Program-made: the position numbers and the translations under genes
Shown: one piece after another, positions 28,138-32,000 of the stretch
Numbering within the stretch: the stretch's first letter is position 1
Layout: the number at the start of each line of letters is the position of its first letter
The notes under the pieces: generated by a model
Seen by the model: only the letters and a program-made list of their open reading frames with translations
Databases searched by the model: none
Told to the model about the DNA's origin: nothing
NCBI RefSeq assembly: GCF_000196355.1
Contig: NC_007614.1
Coordinates: 1,860,001 to 1,892,000, forward strand
Origin: Nitrosospira multiformis ATCC 25196
Lineage (GTDB): Bacteria > Pseudomonadota > Gammaproteobacteria > Burkholderiales > Nitrosomonadaceae
DNA: 32,000 bases
Direction of reading: 5' to 3'

Positions 28138-28920
28138 TTAGACCAGGCCAGACACGAGTCCAGCTCCAATCGCTAACATCGCTACAGCTACAATGAGTCG
28201 TACAGTATGCAAGGTGACTTTCTCCAACACACGCTTGCCCAGGAATGCTCCGACGAAGGCGCAGACCGATCCGACGATAATCGGCGTGACCGTTGCCTGT
28301 ATCTCTTCGAAATGCGTTGCAATGACAGCGGCCCCATACACTACAAGTCGCGCCGCATCAACAATAACGGCAGAAACAACTCCGGTGGCAACAAACGCTT
28401 CTTTCGATAGACCTGCTTTCAATAGGAAGGCAGAGCGCAAAGCTCCCTGATTACCCGATAAGCCGCCGAAGAATCCGGAAAGCGCGCCGCCGACGGGCAA
28501 CCAGCGCGGCCGAAATGCCAGGGCCTGAAAGCGGGGCCAAAGCTCCAGTAGAGCGAAGATCACGATCAGAACCCCGATGACGACCTTGACGACGGTGACC
28601 TCGAAGGTCGATCCGCCGAGCATGTAGCGCGTAATGACCGGTAAGCGGTCGAATAGATTGAGAACGAATGCCCCAGCTATTGCGGCTACTGCGGCAGGCA
28701 CGCTGAACCGCGCCACCACCCCCCAATCGGCCTGCTTGGCCATCAGTCCAAATTTGAAGAGATTGGTGGCAAAATGCACAACGGCTGTGGCTGCTATTGC
28801 CAGCGGCACAGGAAAGAATAGCGCGAACACTGGCATCAGGATCGTTCCGAGCCCGAATCCGGAGAAGAACGTCAGTGCGGAAGTGAGCAGTGCCATCACG
28901 CCTATGAGAACGAGTTCCAT
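28138..28920 (-). CDS. sulfite exporter TauE/SafE family protein
   Basis: 260-aa multi-TM ORF; LTFFSGFGLGTILMPVFALFFPVPLAIAATAVVHFATNLFK...GALSGFFGGLSGNQGALRSAFLLKAGL. Confidence 0.9.
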   Translation of the reverse strand: MELVLIGVMALLTSALTFFSGFGLGTILMPVFALFFPVPLAIAATAVVHFATNLFKFGLMAKQADWGVVARFSVPAAVAAIAGAFVLNLFDRLPVITRYMLGGSTFEVTVVKVVIGVLIVIFALLELWPRFQALAFRPRWLPVGGALSGFFGGLSGNQGALRSAFLLKAGLSKEAFVATGVVSAVIVDAARLVVYGAAVIATHFEEIQATVTPIIVGSVCAFVGAFLGKRVLEKVTLHTVRLIVAVAMLAIGAGLVSGLV

Positions 28921-29079
28921 GTGAGTGCTTTATCAAATAATCGGATTTCTCCCGAGGCGATTCCGGGCAACCAAGTTGTTTAGAGCTATTCTGCAGGGCA
29001 TGCAATACTCATTCGGGAAGGAAACGGCGCCGTATCCCCCGGCTCCTTTGGCTGAATCTTTTCTGACACCACCGTTTTC

Positions 29080-31790
29080 ATGAGCATATTATTAGTGGGG
29101 GAGGTCGGCCCTACTTTTATGAATATGACGAGAACCCGCATTTACACCTTCTGGCGAAACTCGACTCTGGGCCATCCGATTACGGTCCTGACAATACTGG
29201 TTGTGCTCGCTACCCTGGCCTTTCAATACACTTTTGTCCATTTACGCATAAACACCGACACTGCGAAACTGGTCGCGCCGGATGCGCCTTTTCAGCAATA
29301 CAGCCGCTCTTATGAGGAAGCCTTTTCACAGGATTTGCACACGCTTTTGCTGGTGGTTGAATCGGAGATACACCCGAATTAACCAAATCCGCCAGTAAAA
29401 GATTACTGCGCCTGCTCCGCGACAACACGGATCATTTCAATTCGGCCTATATCCCCTACGACAACGAATTTTTTCGTCAGAACGGGTTGCTTTATCTCGA
29501 TACTGGTGAACTGGAGAGCTTATCCAACAGCTTGTCACTCGCCCAGCCGTTCATCGGCAGAATTGCCCAGGAAACCAATCTAACCGGTTTTTTTTCTATT
29601 TTAGAGGATGCGCTAAAGTCCGGAGACACGACTCGTGCTGCAATCATTGATCTAACCCCGCTAACCGATAAAGTCACACGGGTTTTAGATAAAGTACTCA
29701 GTGGCGAAAATGCTTTGCTCTCCTGGGAATCGATGATTTCCGAGAAGAAAACGCACTCCAGCAAGGAGTTTATTATTGTCTCGCCTAAATTCGATTACTC
29801 ACATATCCGTCCTGCGAAAAATGCGATTGAATCCATCAACAAAGCTATTGCCAGCATTCAGGATCCCTATCTCCCCGCTGTCAAGGTGTGGGTGACTGGC
29901 GAAGCTGCCCTTGAAGATGATGAACTGGCAGGCATTAGTACCGGCACTTTTAACGCCAGTATTTTCTCGGTTGTACTGGTGTTGTTTATTTTAGTAATTG
30001 CCTACCGTTCCATTTTGCTGACAGTAGCCACGTTGATAACTCTAGCCTTAGGAGTAATTTTTTGCGGGGCATTCGCCGCCTTTTCCGTAGCAGAATTAAA
30101 TCTGATTTCACTCGCATTTGCAGTAACCAATGTCGGCTTGGGCGTGGAATATGCGATCCACTTCTGCTTACGCTATCGGGATAAGCTGAATCGCCACCGT
30201 AAAGAACGTGCACTACGTATGACTTTAATGACCATAGCTCCCTCACTTCTATTGGCCGCCGGTACTACATCCATCGGACTTTATGCTTTTATACCGACCG
30301 ATTATAAAGGCATCGCCGAGCTTGGTCTGCTGGCAGGAACAAGCCTGTTTATTTCCCTGTTAGTTACGCTGATTGCCTTGCCGGCATTATTAAAACTTTT
30401 GCCAGCACCGGCAAAATTCCGATCGGCAAAAGCTCCTCATTCTCCTTCGGAGCTTTCAAAGAAACTGGCGACTTTGCCGCTTCAATACGCCAAACCGATT
30501 TCCCTTATGACACTTGTTGTTTCCCTGATCTCCGGCGTGTTGGCATTCAATGTAAAAACGGACTTTAATCCGATTAATATTCGCGATCCTGATACCGAAT
30601 CTGTTGTCGCTTTCAAAAAATTAATGGAGGACGAGGAAACCACTCCGCTGACCTTGGCTGTCCTGAGCAGGGATGAAAGCAGCACCAAAATCTTGCAACA
30701 GAAGCTTTCGGCATTACCTTCGGTTGATAAAACTGTCAGCCTTTTTGACCTTCAACCCGCTGATCAGGACAGAAAATTGGCCTTGATCGAAGAAATGGGA
30801 CTGATGCTTGGTGCAGAAGTAGAGAACTTCCCCCAGCTCAAAGCGCATAGTGATCCAGCTCCGCAGATCACCCGCTTGATTGGAACTATCGACACCATCC
30901 TGCCTGAAAAATCCAATATGGAGGAGCGTGCTTCACTCACACGCTTAAAAAAGGAATTGCAGGATATTTTGATCGAGCTTGATACACGGTACCAACCCAG
31001 CCGGGAGATGTTCATTGAAAAAATCCAGACCGCACTGCTCGGCACGCTGCCGGCTGTGATGAACGATCTATCAGTCAGCTTGAAAGCCAGAACAATCACG
31101 CTATCTGACCTGCCCCCTGATATCAGGGATAAATGGCTGAGCAGGGACGGTTTGTATCGCATCCAGATCTTTCCGAAAAAAGACCTGAACGATTTAGCCA
31201 GTCTGGAAGAATTCATCACGGAAGTGCAATCAATCACTCCCGAAACCACCGACTTACCCATCATCTACTGGGAATCCATGAGAGAGGTTACCAAGGCTTT
31301 TCAGAAAGCTGTTTTAATCGCCCTGGTTGCCATCGCACTGCTACTGCTCGCTATCCGGCGCAGCATGCTGGATACCGCCCTGATCATGACGCCGCTCGTA
31401 CTAGCCGGACTTTTTACCCTGGCAAGCGCAACGATCACCGGCACCGCCATTAACTTTGCCAACATCATCGCCCTGCCGCTGTTACTAGGGTTAGGAGTTG
31501 ACAACGGCATTCACATGCTGGTAAAGCTGCGCCATTCGCTTGCGGAAGCTCGCGATATCTACCAATCCAGCACTGCTAGAGCCATATTTTATGGGGCTCT
31601 TACCACTTCCTCCGGTTTTGGGGGATTGGCGTTCTCCCCGCATCCGGGCATTGCCAGTATGGGTTTGATTATTACTATAGGCATATTCTGGATTATGGTA
31701 TGTACGTTTATTATTCTTCCCGCACTTGGCAAATTGGTGTTAAAGGACAGAAAAGATGCAATACGTTTTCAATCCCGCTTGGCAGGATAG
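29080..31790 (+). pseudogene. hpnN: MMPL/RND family exporter, hopanoid-biosynthesis HpnN-like, with a frameshift near 29370
   Basis: ORFs 29080..29382 and 29487..31790 are in different frames; the second frame is open back to 29361 (…DTPELTKSASKRLLRLLRDNTDHFNSAYIPYDNEFFRQNGLLYLDTGELESL). Removing 2 nt from gagATacaccc gives a continuous ESETPELTKS. Confidence 0.8.
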
Positions 31791-32000
31791 AGCGCGCATA
31801 CTTCAAGCTTTCTAGAACAGGCACAACGTCCATCTGCAAGCCTGCCCATCCACTGCACCGCTGAATATCGGAGCTACGTCACCTTATTCGATTAGCCTCC
31901 CATGCAGAGATAGAGTGTGAGTTAACCGATCTGTCACGCACTGTCACGACACTGAATGGTAGCGATCTAAAATGCTTCTTGACTGGGAGGCAGGGCCTAT

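Noticed and set aside
30764-31264. 166-aa minus-strand ORF
   Set aside because: Antisense to the HpnN-like gene; low-complexity serine-rich shadow.
1-32000. CRISPR arrays, tRNA and rRNA genes
   Set aside because: No regularly spaced direct repeats and no tRNA/rRNA-like sequence noticed by eye; tRNAscan-SE, barrnap and CRISPR finders would be the decisive checks.

Overview
This 32 kb window looks like a betaproteobacterial chromosome segment. A Nitrosospira-type ammonia oxidiser is my guess from overall gene flavour, not proven here. Ordinary content: the start of a SAM-methyltransferase gene (minus), gloB, tal, gnd (short form), a DoxX-family gene, pgl, an HTH/cysteine-rich regulator, a BASS-type transporter with an adjacent methyltransferase, a heavy-metal RND operon (TolC-like / adaptor / CusA-CzcA-like, plus a downstream P-II-like gene), a P-type ATPase, a BON-domain protein, an intact TauE/SafE gene, and an HpnN-like MMPL transporter broken by a frameshift. 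Most notable: (1) Two identical-looking 843-bp IS5-family (IS427-type) elements in opposite orientation split one larger TauE/SafE-type gene into three pieces. Removing each IS plus one 2-bp TA duplication restores a single 1035-nt frame (344 aa) with an unusual C-terminal extension. (2) Three dispersed paralogs of a small exported helical protein family (YLYGxxAQD...HRQ signature) lie within 5 kb. Each is preceded by a similar CACTTtAAACATAwA-TTGAC-like element, suggesting co-regulation of an undescribed envelope family. (3) There are many gene relics: a diverged IS5 copy with a PAS fragment, a quorum-quenching-type lactonase relic, a histidine-kinase relic with an H-to-N H-box, an IS3 OrfA fragment and a DUF4238-like scrap. 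No CRISPR array, tRNA or rRNA was recognised. Family assignments come from motif recognition only; no database search was run.
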